Notes: a model not told the origin generated them from the sequence alone. A DNA stretch of 64,000 nt from Blastocystis sp. Blastoise (GCA_039096225.1 JBBPEB010000014.1:496001-560000), one strand, 5' to 3'. Shown: positions 1 through 14,803, counted from the stretch's first letter. Made by a program: numbers and translations.

Positions 1-42
1 AATGATAATAATAATAATAATAATAATAATATATTTACATAC

Positions 43-827
43 ACATAAACAACATAAGTATTTGTTCTCTTTTCAATTTCTTGAACAAATTTATAAGCAA
101 CACATTTCATACCTCGAATAACCTTAGTTTCTAGAATAAATTTATATAAAGTAACATTCTATTTATTTTTGAATAACACAATCATAATAAATAAATATAT
201 AAATATTATTATATACGAGGAAGTAATTCATATCCTTCTAAATCAGGTAATACAGTTTCTAAATCATATTCTTCCCAGTTATTAAAGCATGTAGGTTCAG
301 TTACCATTGGAACCTAGAGATTATGTAGAATAGTTAAAGGCTTATTAGTGATATTATATATATAACACTATACTATACTATTCAAATTTGTCTAAAAAAC
401 TTAATATATATATAGATATACAATTTGATTAGAGAAATTCTTACCACCATAATAAAAATACTTATCCATACCATCATCTATAGAAAAGAATAAAATAATT
501 AGATAGATAGATTAAAATTTGAATTAAAAAGGATTTTGAAATATCTGAATCCCTTCTAATAGAATATTCACATATAATAATCTCTACGAGCTTTTTGGAG
601 TTTACCATCGTGCCTTTAAAGAGAAAAAAGTAAATATACAAGGGATATAGCAACAATATGCCAGACATGAATAGGTTCAACTAAGGGAACATAAGGAAGA
701 GAAACGGTCATTGTGACTTCATATTGGTCAGGGAACACAGGGTTGCCTAAAACAAGAGCAACTAAGCAGAGTCTAGAAATGTATAGAGAGTATTGGTAAT
801 GACAATATACAAAAGAATTGACTTCAT
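43..827 (-). CDS. Secreted papain-family cysteine protease, 26/29-kDa proteinase / CfaD-like N-terminal part (3'-partial, continues off the window start)
   Basis: Spliced: MKSILLLCLVALVLGNPVFPDQYEVTMTVSLPYVPLVEPIHVWHDGKLQKARRDYYDGMDKYFYYGGKNFSNQIVPMVTEPTCFNNWEEYDLETVLPDLEGY... Signal peptide plus motifs matching the 26/29-kDa proteinase pro-region (PY...EP..W; R.DYY.GM.K; LPDL.G). The catalytic domain is not in the window. Needs two non-GT introns (478-575, 614-661). Confidence 0.75.
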
Positions 828-3273
828 TTGTAATAAAAACAAACAAAAAAATGATGATATTTCTAAAAGAGAATAAAACACAGACGATGTATCTGTCATT
901 CATAAGGATCCATGTTGACCCATTAATGTGTAGAAAGGGTCCACAATTTCTATCCCTTATAAGATGCATCAGAAAAACCGAATTCTATACAAATCCTATT
1001 GGTCAACTATCTGAAGGTAATCCATATTTCTTCGAGAATAATTGTATCTCTTACCCAAATTCTCTTTATTTTGGGTACCTTTCTCTTATTATTGTTCTTT
1101 TTTCAAAAGATTTTCTTTCTCTTTTTCTTTCATCACTTCTTCACAACAATTTTTTCGAAAGTTCTCACATCCTCTTAAGTATGTAATTATCTATGCAACA
1201 TTTAAAAAGAATAAGTGAAGGATGAATAATGATAAAAATATGAAATTTGTTGTGTTTTTCTCACATTTTTTGTTTATTTATTTAGATCTATTCATTATTT
1301 GATATTGAGAATGCAGAAGGCTTTGTATCTATATCTATCAATAATCATTTTTTTATTCATTTCTACTTTTTACTTGGAATTCCCCGTAATTTGCGTTGAA
1401 TCTTCTTTAATGATTCATATTTATTGACTCTTCTTCACACACTATGTTTCTACATATGATACATTATCTTATTTGATAGAGAACATCACTTTATTTCTTT
1501 TCATCACCCACTTTTAAAGTATTTATCAAAATTCAATTAGTGAAATCAATCTTTAAACAATGATACTTCTTATACACTCCTGAATTTAATAAGAATATAA
1601 AGTAATCGTTCACTTTAAATTATTTATCCTGTCTTTATTCTATATAGGCAAATCCATTGTTTTACTTTTTTTTCTGAACCTAATGAATTTAAAAAAGTGA
1701 TTGAAACAGTTCAAAACTCTTCATAGTAACACATTTCTCATTGTTAAAGCCTTGAGGAAGTTTATAAATATATCTCATGATGCTTTCTCTACCTTATAAG
1801 TGATTATTTATTGATAGATCAAATTAAATTCTAACTATTTCAGGTCATTCATAGAAATGACTGTATTTCTTCAAGCTCGTAATAAAACACCTTATATTCA
1901 TGATGCATTACTGTATACACTAGGTTCTTATGTATACATATGCATAAATTCTTAGAATACTCTTCCATTTTTAAAAAGAACTTCATAAATTTTTATTCAG
2001 GATTTATAAATTACACAGAATATCACAAGCTCATGCTTCTGATTTGATACCTTATTAAACCAGAAGTATACTACAACTAAGTATTTCTTGAGAGTTTATG
2101 ACAACTTTCTATCCTATAGCTAATATCCTCTCTACTACCCTTTGTTTTTCAACGAGTTCTTTATTTCTTAAAGACTCATTTTTTTTAATATTTATATATT
2201 TAAAAAATCGTCATTACACAGAAGCTTTTTATTTTGTACAGACGATCTTTTTCACAAAGAATTTTATTCAATAAACATAGATATTTTAGAAGAATATCCC
2301 ATTTTTTCCAAAAATTCCAAGAAGAAACCAAAAACAGAAACGTTAGAGTTGGGCGAAGTCCATCAAGTTTCACTTGTATCAAAATTTTCTTTTAAAAGTG
2401 ACTTTTCTTGTATAATAGTATCAAAATATTTATTTTTTTAAATTATATATTTTTTTTGTATTCTATATACTTATGTTCACACTTCGAACAGGAGAGATTT
2501 TAAGTATATATGACAATTAGATGCAATTCACTTTATAAGTGATTTATCTTATTTAATTGTAGAGTATGCCACTTTATAAATAGATTTTATGTTCTATTCA
2601 ATATTAATAAGGCATTTATACAATTATATTTATTCATCATATTCATTATATTTTGTAAATTTAATCTAAAATCTATCATTAAGAGTTATAAACTGTCTAT
2701 TGTATACAAAAAAGCTGATATGATGACATTTAGAAAGGTTGACATGAATAAAGATGAATCGATAGTTTATAAAATACAGATATTTTATATAAATAAGAAT
2801 ATACATAAAGGGGCGTACATGACTAGATATTCTTATGGATAAAATAATGCAAAAAAATAATTGTTTGATTCAACTTTATTACAAAGTTGTAATTGATATA
2901 TATTTATATAGACTATAGTGTCTAGAGTTGAATAGAAGAACCAAATTCTAATTTTCATTTTACTAATTGTAATTATATTTTATACTCGTTCAATATTGCT
3001 TTATTTTTCAAAGTTGGTATAGCTATAGCATATACATTGATTACCCCATGGTATCTTGACTCAACAATAGCTTGTACTGAAGATTGAAACCACACCAAAA
3101 AATGTTTTTTTTTTCCCGTGAAAAAAAGTGAGAAAAACGAGCTACAAATTGGAGCTCCAACCCCAAAAATTGGACCTAGATGGACCTCCATACAAATGGA
3201 CTTCCATTTGCCCAACTCTAAGAAACGTACATTATTTTGTTTATTACTAAATATCTTCATTTTGTGTAAAGCC

Positions 3274-4491
3274 ATGTTACAATCAGGTTATGTTTTTATT
3301 ATTTGCAGCGCGATCATTGCTGTCTCTCTCTTTTACAATTTTGGAACGTTCAACAAGAATATCGGTGTCACAAAGTTAGTGAAGATGGATCAAGCAAGAA
3401 TGAATATGTTCAATAGTCAATATGATTCAGATAAATATATGAGTATGCAGAAAGCTATTGATGAAGGTATGCGAATATATTGTTTTTTAATTGCTATTTT
3501 GTTTTGAGTTCAGTTATTATTATTGATTCTTCTATTTCTATACAATAAAATTCATAAATTATTTTTTTGATTTATATATATAGCTAACAACGATGCTCCA
3601 ACATCTCAAAGTATGTTTTTTGGACTTATTCTTCTTTTATATATGAAATTCGTTATATGATTTTGTTTTTCTTAGAATATAACGGAGTTACATTATTATC
3701 AAAATCATCAAGTGACTCTGATAATACATTTGAAATATATCATCATCCTTCTCTTAAAAAGTATATATATATATTTAGTATTTTATTCATTTATTGAAAC
3801 AAAATTTGTATATATATAAATTATATTGTATTTTGTAACTAATATTAGTCAACCTTTACTATAGTATAATTATATTCTATGGTTGTGATCATATTATTTC
3901 GCTACTTGAACCTTTAGAAAGCATGAAAGATATTGATGTTTATATCTTATGTCCTTCTGAAGATATAGAAATAGTCAATAGTTATATACAATCTGGTGAT
4001 GTTACTACAATTCATCCAATTACCGTGAATTATTTAGATCCTATGACAATCAATGAATTCATTATAAATAACCATATCAATTCTCATTCTAGTTTTAATA
4101 CTTTATTCATTAACACTCAACTATGTAAATATATTTATCATCATCATATCTATATATTAAATATATATTTTGATTATTTATTATTATTCTATTTACATAT
4201 TAAATATATATATATTATATATTTAACATTATATTTATATATTATTAAATACTTCTATTATTAAATGATTTTTCTATATATATATATATATAATTGAATC
4301 CTTTATATATAGCTAATGACGACCTCTATTCTATTCTTCATAATTATCAATATATATTAAAGAGTATAATTGTGAATACATTTGGGAATCAATCGAAATA
4401 TTTACAAATGAGAACGAAGATTATTCATCATGGCTATAAAAAGATCTCGATTAATAATAATTCATTCAGAACCTTTGTTAAAGAAAATTAA
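3274..4491 (+). CDS. Hypothetical type II membrane / signal-anchor protein (5 exons)
   Basis: MLQSGYVFIICSAIIAVSLFYNF... N-terminal hydrophobic anchor; exons join in frame through four GT-AG introns to TAA at 4491. No family recognised. Confidence 0.7.
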
Positions 4492-4759
4492 ATTTATTTT
4501 TAAATACTATTTTTATTTTTGATTCTTTAATTCCATTTTTATTCTTTATTATTACTTAAAGTCTATATTTTATTTTTATTTCTTCGATAAAAATAAATAT
4601 TGCGTCTATTTTTTTTTTTAATCTTTCGTACAATTATAAAAACTCTCTAACTAAATAAATACATATAAAAAACATCAAAATCTTCTTTGAAAGAAACAAA
4701 AGGTAAATATATATAACAGTAATATAAAAAAAAATTACAAAAAAAGGAATTTCTATAAT

Positions 4760-6791
4760 CTACTGTTGATATTGAAAGAAATCATAAAGTTCTTGGCATT
4801 TTTCTAAATTCTCCTTCGGGAAATAATCAAGAAATTGAAAGAGTAACTCATCATCTTCATAAAACAATTTTTTAATATAGTTTGCATAAATAGTCGTAGA
4901 AACTTTTCCATCAACAAAAAGTGAAGAAATAGAATTGAAATCTTTTATTTGATGTTCTTTAATAAAATGAGATAATTGACTTTGAGCTTGTTTATTGATT
5001 AATTTGAATTGTTTTGGTTTCGAAGAAGAAGAAGAAGAAATAGCTTGTTTGTCAGTATTATTGTGATTCGAAAGAGCTTTCTTAGTATTTGATGAAGGTA
5101 CTGGTGATATATATGAAGAAGAAGATGTATTCTCCATAATAGAAGAAGAAGAAGAAATAGTTAAATTGTTTGAATTCTTCTTCTTTAAGAAGACCTTAGT
5201 AGTTGCAGAATTAATAGGCATTCGTGAGGATGATACAGAAGGAGAAGGTTCTAGATATTATTTATTTATTTATTATTTATATTTATTATTTATATTTATA
5301 TATTTATATATTTATATATTTATTATTTTGTTATTTATATATATAAGAATTAATAAAAGAGAATAGAGTTATAAATATATAAATATTCATTATAATAGAG
5401 TATTCAAGTTGTCCTATATATATATATACCGTAAGAAGTCTCACAAAATTGATTTGAAATTTGCTTCTATACATATATATATATATATATTATTATAAAT
5501 AATAAATAAAATACATTATGAAATTTCTTGACATGACTTTGGAATTCGTCTTTCGTTTTATAATAACTATAAACATTGGGACAAGATAAATTGCAACATA
5601 TATAATGATTATTTTGGCAATGTTTATGAAGTTTATCAATAGAATCAAAATACTATATATTGATAATGATATATATTGTATATATACAAAGTATAGATGA
5701 ATGTTTTTTCAAGAATGTATCGAAAATAATGAAACATATATTATTTTTAAAATACAAAATATAAAAAGATTATATAATCATTTATATAATATATACAAAT
5801 GAGAATCCATCTGAGCAGATAGAACAAAAAGGATGAGTTGATTTCATATGATTATATAGGTGTTTTATATTAAAGAATTGAGATTTACATATAGGACAGA
5901 TCTAGAAAGTAAAATAATACTAAAAAAAGAGAATATAAGATTTCTTAAAAGAGAAAGAAATAGATATTCATATATATATATGTTTATTAAACAAAAGAGA
6001 ATAAGACATAAATCTAGAATAATACTGGATGCTCAATTCGTTCTGTTTCATTATTGCGAATTGCTTCGATAGATCTCGACATCAAATGCTTCTGTAATTC
6101 CTATATATAATTATTATTAATATAATAAGCATATAATTATTATTAACATAATAAATATAATAAATATATTAATTATTAAATAATAAAAATATATTAATAA
6201 TTATAAACAAACAAAAACAATTATAATAAAAAAAATATACATATATTATATCATTCACATACATAGACAGTATAGCATTCTTGTTGAAAAGGGAAAAGAC
6301 GTAAATATTCAAAGCAAAGATAACAAATGTCTTTATTATGATTCTTTTTTATATGTTCACGAAGAGCAAGAAGTGAGTCAAAACATTGTCCATAATAGAA
6401 ATCTTTCTTCTTCTTGTTTACAGCACAAATAGGGCATCTATATTCAATTAGTTGCTCACTCTTCTTATATAAATCAACATCATCATAATAAATATCTTTC
6501 TCTTCATCATGATAAAAACAATGCTCCTTGCAATCTTCATAATCATCCGAGTCATATTCAGTAATCACTAAACCGTTCATTACCCTCTAAAGAAATGAAA
6601 TAAGAAAAGTATCATTTATTATTCTAGTATTTATTCATGAAATCATATACGCAAGATATACCTTACAGAATGGACACTTTTGATTACCATAAAAGACAAC
6701 ATTAAGGAGACACATTGCACATGCACGTGTTTTACAACAAGGAGTGAATCCAAAATATTCAACATCACTATCACAAACAGGACACCTCATT
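4760..6791 (-). CDS. ZNF598/Hel2-like RING + C2H2 E3 ubiquitin ligase (ribosome quality control)
   Basis: N-terminal RING CPVC...CCKTRACAMC...CPFC, then C2H2 fingers (CPIC...H...H, CYLC, HPICPIC...HMKSTHPFCSIC), a Ser-rich linker and a C-terminal helical PAH-like segment. Seven exons, GT-AG introns. Start codon tentative. Confidence 0.75.
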
Positions 6792-7140
6792 TCCAAATAT
6801 AAATAGTCACTGATACACTAATTGAATAGAATCACAAACAAAACTCCAAGAGTTATTTTTTTGTAGGGTGAATTATCATCTTAAACGCATTTCCTCATTG
6901 CTGGAAATAATCCACCCTATATATAAAGTATTTGTCAAAAATAATACGCTTTGCGGATGGTCTTTTCGTAAATTATTATACGATCTCAAGTATGATTTAC
7001 TTTATATTTCTGATTATTCTAAATAAACAAGAACCATGATTATTCCGACGAATTCGGAGAGAAATCATTTTTATTAGAAAAAAAGAAAAAACAATTTGTT
7101 TCTTATTAATTAATCCATCTATTCTCTATTTTTTGATACA

Positions 7141-7419
7141 ATGTCTTTTTTCGGTGGTAACAACGCAAAGATGAGTGAGAAAGTCGAAATGGCTCTCATG
7201 GAAACAGAAGCTTTAACTCAATTTATAAAAAATATGACAAATAGTTGTAGATCAAAGTGTATTAGAAACAAAACTAACGGTGTTCTTGAAGTCGGTGAAA
7301 TCACTTGCTTAGATCGTTGCGTATTCAAATATTATGAATCTCAAGATATCATGGTACCAATTTTTATGAATACAAATGAGACTGCTCAACAACAACAACC
7401 TCAACCTCCTAAGAATTAA
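7141..7419 (+). CDS. TIM10: Mitochondrial intermembrane-space small TIM chaperone Tim10
   Basis: Intronless 92 aa with twin CX3C (CRSKC...CLDRC) and the Tim10 signature GEITCLDRCVFKY. Confidence 0.85.
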   Translation: MSFFGGNNAKMSEKVEMALMETEALTQFIKNMTNSCRSKCIRNKTNGVLEVGEITCLDRCVFKYYESQDIMVPIFMNTNETAQQQQPQPPKN

Positions 7420-8321
7420 TTTATTCGTTTTCTTTTTTCTAATTTTATCATTGTATATCGTAGTTTTTTTATAACAATTGTTCGTGAAGGTAATGACAAC
7501 TGTTTTGTTTCTTTTTTCTTTCTTATTGTGCTTTTTGGGATTGTTCTTTATATGAACAACTATTTCATCATAATTCTACTATAATATAGAGCATTCACAT
7601 AGTAAGATATGACTCAAACTTTGCTATTTTATTAAAAATTATGTTTTATATATTAATAAATACATAAAACACATTCTGGACACTAATCAATGTTTTCAAT
7701 CTTTTTTATTTCCATTATACAGAGATATACGCTTATACATGTATTTATTCATTTACCATGCATTCTTCTGTAATTCATTTATAAGATAACCCTAAGGAAA
7801 CAAAATAATTATCAAGTGAATCACTAAATATACTTTTATTTTTAAAATGGTTTGACACTCAAATATCTATATATATCCTAATCCATCATTCAGAGCATTG
7901 ATTACTAGAATCACACCAATTTGGAAATGAATATGATCACAAATTAGCTCAGTTTTCATAATTAACTAATTCGTATAGATAGACTAAGCTATTCTACAAT
8001 ATATTAGATAGAAATATCATGAGATAAAAGCGAATGCTGTTCCAATGTCAACCATTACAATACATACTATACTCCTAAGTGTGACCAACATCTATTTATT
8101 TACAAATTATAATTTTATATTAATTTATTAATGCTAAATAGATCTTGAAATAGCAATAAAAAAACGATGGCTTTCAAGAAGTTTGAAATGTAGCTGAATC
8201 TTTCTAATTTTTAACAAACTGATGAAACACCAAGAAACGATTATTTCGTGTTTATTTTTTTTTTGTACCCAAATTGGGGTATTTATTAGTACTTATATTT
8301 GAAAAATATAAAGTTATCATT

Positions 8322-9618
8322 ATGTCTGATCCTATGAGCAAGAAGAACTTCGAGCAAGCTCCGAATTTTGATTATTCTGTAGATCCTGAACCACAACGTG
8401 CATCTAGAAGAAAGCCTGTATATGTGAATCAAGCTCCTGAAGAACCAAAAGAAACACTCCCTAAATGGGTCAATATATTGAGATGTATTTTATCTGGAAT
8501 CTTAATGATTCTTTCCTTCTGGTTTTTTATTCGTTCAATTATATCAGAATTATTTGTTCTATCTATGGCACAGTATATATATATATATATAAAGTAGCCT
8601 TTCTTATTATTTGTATATAGATATCTGTTTCTTTCGTTTGTATATCTTCTTGACATACTTAAAATACGTACATTAGCCTTGTTGCTTTCTTCAATAGTAT
8701 TAATTGTACTTTATCTCACTGTTTCATTTCTCACTTGTACTGTTCAAATCAGTATATATCCATAAATATCTCTCTCCTTATTCTTCTATTTTTTATTTCA
8801 TAACTATTTTATTCTATATATATATAGCTTTTCACTTGGAAGATTTTTATCAATTTACAACTCCTACTCTTATGACTGAAATCATTCTGAATTCTATTTT
8901 CCTTGTTTCCTTTGTATATATAATATTATTTAATATTTTTATTTTTATAGTAATAATAAAATATTTATAGATTTATATACTATTATTTTTTTTAAATATA
9001 TATATAATAATTTTTTTAAAAACTTGTCTACTACTATTTTTTCAAATACATAAATAATAATATATATTTTTCTCTAGCTTTTCTTGTGTTTCTTCTATAT
9101 TTTTTACGATTCCTCCCTGATGATTATTAAGCAAGAAAGGTATATTTCATAAAGAACTTCTTGTCATATATATATATTGTTAACATCAATATACTATTTA
9201 TAATATGATGAATACATGATTGTTTATACTATTTCATATTCTATATATATATAGACGAAATATGTCTCCTCCTATGCAGATTAACTATAATGGTTCATCT
9301 TATATGCGTTATCAATCTCCCGCCTTTTATGTTCCCCCGCGGGTCTCTCCTGAACAAGAAACAGACATGGATGTCTATTATTCAGAAGGTATATATATAT
9401 TATTATTAGTAGTAGGTATCTCTATTTATTATATATTTATTATTCTTAAGTATTATTATATATATATATATATATTATTCTTAAGTATTATTATATATAT
9501 ATTATTATTAAGTATTATTATATATATATATTATTATTAAAATACTATTTTATTATCTACATATTACAAATTAACCTTTTTACATTGAATAGGTCTTCGA
9601 AAATATTCTGATCTTTAA
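8322..9618 (+). CDS. Hypothetical multi-pass membrane protein (about 4 TM, 6 exons)
   Basis: MSDPMSKKNFEQAP...; several hydrophobic helices and a Pro/Tyr-rich C-tail. Five GT-AG introns keep the frame to TAA at 9618. Confidence 0.7.
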
Positions 9619-10504
9619 TTTACTTTTCCTATATATATATATACTATATATATATACTATATATATATCTTTCTTAAATTGTTTTCTTATGTCTATATCT
9701 CATTTATGTATCATATTTTATTTTATAATGATCAACACATATATCCTATATTCAATATAATCTTATATTTCTATATAACCTTTTGACGGTCAATAGATCT
9801 ATCAATTCTTTTATCCTAGTTATTTCTATATAGTAATACTTATATTGTTATTTATATTTATTCTATCTTTTATATACTTTGTTTTAACTCTTTTTCTTGA
9901 TCATTATTTTCATTTAGGATTCTATTTTTTAATTGTAATTATGTTTTTATTGTATCACATATTCTAAAGAATTCCTACTCGTTCTATTTATTTTTTTTTT
10001 GAATAAATTCCCATTTGTTTTAATTATTATTCATTTCCTTTATAACAACATTTTGTTTTCAATTCTATTTTATTTTCTTTATTCTTTTATATTCCAAATT
10101 CTTTCTTTCTATGATCGAACTTGTTTTGCTCATTTCACCATTGCTTTTAATAAATTTTCATATAAATGTATCTTAAATTATAAACTCTTATCAGAATGAT
10201 TCTTATTTATATGATTTATAATTTACAGCATTAATATAAACCAAATATTCTGATTTTTCAATTGAAAACAGTATAATTATCATCAATTCATTCTCTAGAT
10301 CATAATCATATTAATGAACCAAATCAACCACAATACTCATCTTCTCTTATAATGATCATAAATAGCAATAAGTGAACTAGAGACGAGATATCCTATTAAA
10401 AAAGAATTTTAACAAACATTTTATTTTACGGAATAATATAATTTTCTACCGAGAAATAAACAGAGATTCATGAGAATCCTATATTCTTTTTCAATTGACC
10501 AACA

Positions 10505-11313
10505 ATGTCCTATCTTTCATTAGATCTATTCCCTGATACGTATGTCAAACTTACATTATCATTATTAATTCTATAGAAAAATATTTATTCAATCTTTCAC
10601 ACTCACACAAGAATCAACTCCATTTCAATTATCAAAATCAAATGAAGAAAATCACTATATAGTGGTAGATGCCTCTAAAGTAGATTCTAACTCATAACTT
10701 TCTATAATTGATAATTATTTACACAATAGATTATAAGTCTTCACCTTTTGGAAACATCTTTATCAAAGGTATTATTGAAAACAAAATACAATAAAAAATA
10801 TATTGCTTCTGACCAACATAAAGAGATCTTATATTCTTTTTCAGGTTCCAAGAATTTAGTTGAAGCTTATTCTTTTTTCTCTGTTAATGATTCTACAAAG
10901 AAAGCCTTATTAATATCCATTAATCCTACTGAAGATACTGTATATAAAATATATATATTATGATTATTAAAAGAGTTATATATATATATATTAATATTAT
11001 TAAAAGAGTTCTTTATATATATATTAATATTATTAAAAGAGTTCTTTATATATTATAAATATTATTAAAAGAGTTCTTAATAAATATATATATAATATTA
11101 CTAAAAGATTTCTTTTAAATATAGCTTTCAATGATAAATAAATTGTTAAAAGAAAATCAAGTTCATTTGCTTTCTATGGATGCGTCATTATTTGTCAAAA
11201 CAAAAGAAGAAGAAGACTGTTTAGTATCCTTCTATGGTATATCTGAAAATGAATTACAAGTTGGAACTTTAGAAGAAAGTATTCTTATGCATGTTGCTAT
11301 GAGAGATATCTAA
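10505..11313 (+). CDS. CGI121: KEOPS complex subunit Cgi121/TPRKB
   Basis: Spliced: MSYLSLDLFPDT...IVVDASKIISLHLLETSLSK...EILYSFSGSKNLVEAYSFFSV...FYGISENEL..GTLEESILMHVAMRDI, matching the Cgi121 pattern. Confidence 0.85.
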
Positions 11314-11648
11314 ATATATATATATATAAATAATTATTTTTAGTTTTTGTATAGTAGTTAAGTTTTTTTAGAATTTTTGCTTTATATATATATAAGAGAT
11401 TTTTAAACACATCCTGATAGAGAAGATATTCTACTTTTAAAAAATAAAGATGATTTTGGAGAGCTTCATAAACACAGAGATGACTTGAATATATTGAAAA
11501 AATAATATGAATGTATATAAAAAAAATATCAATAAAAACAGGATAGTATGAGGTAATAATAAGTAAAACAGAGAGAAATTAGTATATATTAAGAATTCTT
11601 TAGATTTATTACAGAAAAATAAATAGTTGACATAATAATCTAGAATAA

Positions 11649-12909
11649 TTAAGCTTTATTTTCAGTTTGAGTATAAGAAGCAGCTGCTTTCATAACAACA
11701 GAACCTAATCCTCTATAAATTAATAATAATAAATATAAAATAATAATAAATATTATAAACATAATAAATATAAAATAATAATAAAAATAAAACAATAATA
11801 ATATATAATAATAAATATAAATAAATAATAATAAATATAAAATAATAATAAATATAAATAATAATATACTGAGCAGCTTTTTGAGCAAGAGAAGCAGGAA
11901 TAATATTAAAAGCACTCACCTTAGTCTTTGATGCTATACATATATACATATATATATTGTTAGTTATCAAGGTAACTAGTTATAAATATTATTTTATATA
12001 ATAAATAAAATAGAATCTTCTATATATATATATATATACCTCTAGCAGCCTTGTAATATAAATAAAGATTCGTACCAGTAAAGAGGAATCCAATGACGGT
12101 CACTATCAACCAATTTAAGTTCATTTTTAATAAGGACATAAGGAAAAACAATATCCAACAAATAGCAGCAATAACTTGGCAAGTCCAGAAAATACGAGAA
12201 TCAGAAACATTTATAAGATCTGGAGTCTAGAAATAGTATATAGTAATGATACCTATCCAATATTATATATATATAATATTTATTATGTATAAGAAATGAA
12301 ACATAAATAATAAATAGAATATATTTATAAACAATAAAACAATAACAATAATAACTATATATATAATAAATAAAATACACTAGTATATTCATAATGCCAT
12401 CCAGAATGTCCATTTTCATCCATAATATTCCACCAACGAAGGCCTACTAATAAACGACCTGAAACGTTCTTTACAGTCCAAAAATCACAAGCCAAACAGA
12501 TAATAATGAAAACAAAAGAAAGAACAAAACTTGATGTAAAGAAGTAGCAGAATAAGTAAATAAAAATAGCTGCAAGCTATATATATATAATAATATAAAC
12601 TAATCATAATTTATTCTCGAAAAAAATATATAGTTTCAGAAATCAAATGATGAATTTTATGTATTTATATAGAACAAACTATATACTTTAAAAACCATGT
12701 GAAAAATACAAGCTACAGGATGACTTGACGAATAAAGAGTAGATGTAATAATATTATTCTTGAGACTAAACAATTAAAATAAACACAAAAAATAAAAATA
12801 AATGTTTACCTTTGATTGGAAAGCTCAACATCAGCTAAGAATGGATTTGAATCAGCCTATTCAACTGTAATTTATAAATTATTATATAAAATACTTTAGG
12901 TCCTTCCAT
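11649..12909 (-). CDS. TVP23: Golgi membrane protein TVP23/FAM18 (ECHIDNA-like)
   Basis: Signature motifs [31 protein letters not shown] and DSRIFW. Seven exons, GT-AG. Confidence 0.92.
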
Positions 12910-13753
12910 TTTATTGTATTCTTTTAATTCAAAAATTAATGATCTTTAGAAAAAGAACTTTATAAAATTATTAGTATGACTGAATAGACTCCGTTGGATA
13001 CAAAATTTCCATGAAAAATCACAACTTCCTAGTTGATTTATTCTATTTTTAATGATTAATTTTATGTTTCTGTATTTCATCAATTATTTCAAACTTCTAT
13101 GTTATATACTTGCCTATATACTCAATAAGTGATATAAGAAATGTCTTCACATTAAAATTAATTATAATAAATGTTTATTTCTTATGAATGGATCAATGAC
13201 TCATGTCTTATGACTTTGAATTCTATTGCTGATATTGATGCAATTTATAGAAGAAAATGGTTATTTGAGACATTGGATGACATACCTGTATGTTAAGTCA
13301 GATTGATCCACGACTTCGATTCTACACTTATCAAGAAAACAAGAAGATCTATTATAGAGAATCATTGAAACAATCTGGTAATTTGATTCAATTCATTTTT
13401 ATTCATAAAATAGCATAAAATATTGAGAAGCGGATTCCAATGATATGTTTCGATTTTTAAGAATACGTGTATATGACATTTCCAAAAGAATATATTTCTG
13501 AATGAGATCTCTCTTTATTCAGGACAACGTCATTTTGCAAATAATAAGAAAAGAAACTATTGATAATAGATTCCCAAGGATTTATTACTTCTGTTCGGTT
13601 TATTCAAAGAATATTCAGAAAGAACAAGTTGTTCAAACAGAAAAATTAAAAGAAGTGTTTTCTTTGTGTATTAACTATTCTTTATTTTGTATATTCATAT
13701 AATATGTTATCAAAAGTAGATCTATTGTATGTAGAAGAAAAAGAATTCTAGAA

Positions 13754-14405
13754 ATGTTCACAAGATTTCGTCCTGCTTTAAGAAACAAAGTTCTTTTGCA
13801 AAGTACTACGAAGCTGATAAACTATAGAACTTTCGCTACAACTTCTGTTGAACTTCGACAAAGTATTCAAAAGATTTATGATGAAGTAAATATTTTTATT
13901 TTTTATTTCTCAATATGCATATATAGACATTAATTCCTATCTCTGAAAAATGTATGGGTCCTGTAGATAGGTATGTAATATAATTTTTTTTTATAATTAA
14001 ATAATATTTCTTTTATAATTAGAATAATATTTAATTTACAATTCAATAATGTTTCTTTTATAATTAGAATAATATTTCTTTTATAATCGAATAACATTTA
14101 ATTTATAATTGAATAATATTTTTTTATAATTAAATAACATTTCTTTTATAATTCAATAATATCCTTTTATAATTCAATAATATTTCTTTTATAATAAAAT
14201 AATATTTCTTTTATAGACGTGCAAATCAGATTCCTGCACTTCCTATGGTTTTATTACTAGGAAATCATTCCAGTGGTAAGAGTACTTTCATTAATTATTA
14301 TACAGGAAGGTATTTTTTTAATAATAAATTATTAATTGTTATTCTATATCAATTTCTTATTCTTCTTCCTTTTTTATTTTATAAGCTATCAAATGTAATT
14401 TATTC

Positions 14406-14444
<39 letters not shown>

Positions 14445-14758
14445 CTATACAGCATACAGGAGTGGCTCCAACGGATGATAGCTTTACTTTAATTGTTCCA
14501 GGGAATGAAGATAGCGATAAAGACGGACGTACACTCACGGGTGATCCTGATTTCGGGTTTTCTTCTTTAACTGAATTTGGACCTAAATTCTTAGGACATG
14601 TTTCTCTTAAAGTATATTTTATTAATCAAATATATATTATAAATATTTTTATTTTTATTTTTATTTAATATAATTATTTAGTATTATTATATTTATTACT
14701 ATTTTCTCTATTTATGTATTTATTTATTGCTATATTCATTATGTTTGTAATAATAGTG

Positions 14759-14803
<45 letters not shown>

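Noticed and set aside
818-1186. 122-aa plus-strand ORF upstream of the cathepsin
   Set aside because: Non-ATG start, overlaps the promoter and 5' end of the opposite-strand gene, and shows no coding signature.
1200-2400. Intergenic stretch that reads protein-like with in-frame TAA/TAG/TGA (pseudogene or stop-codon reassignment?)
   Set aside because: Stop density is about what random AT-rich DNA gives, no motif is recognised, and conserved genes here use TAA, TAG and TGA as normal stops with no in-frame stops.
13985-14216. Regularly spaced repeats considered as a CRISPR-like array
   Set aside because: Head-to-tail degenerate units with no unique spacers, inside a spliceosomal intron, and no cas genes.
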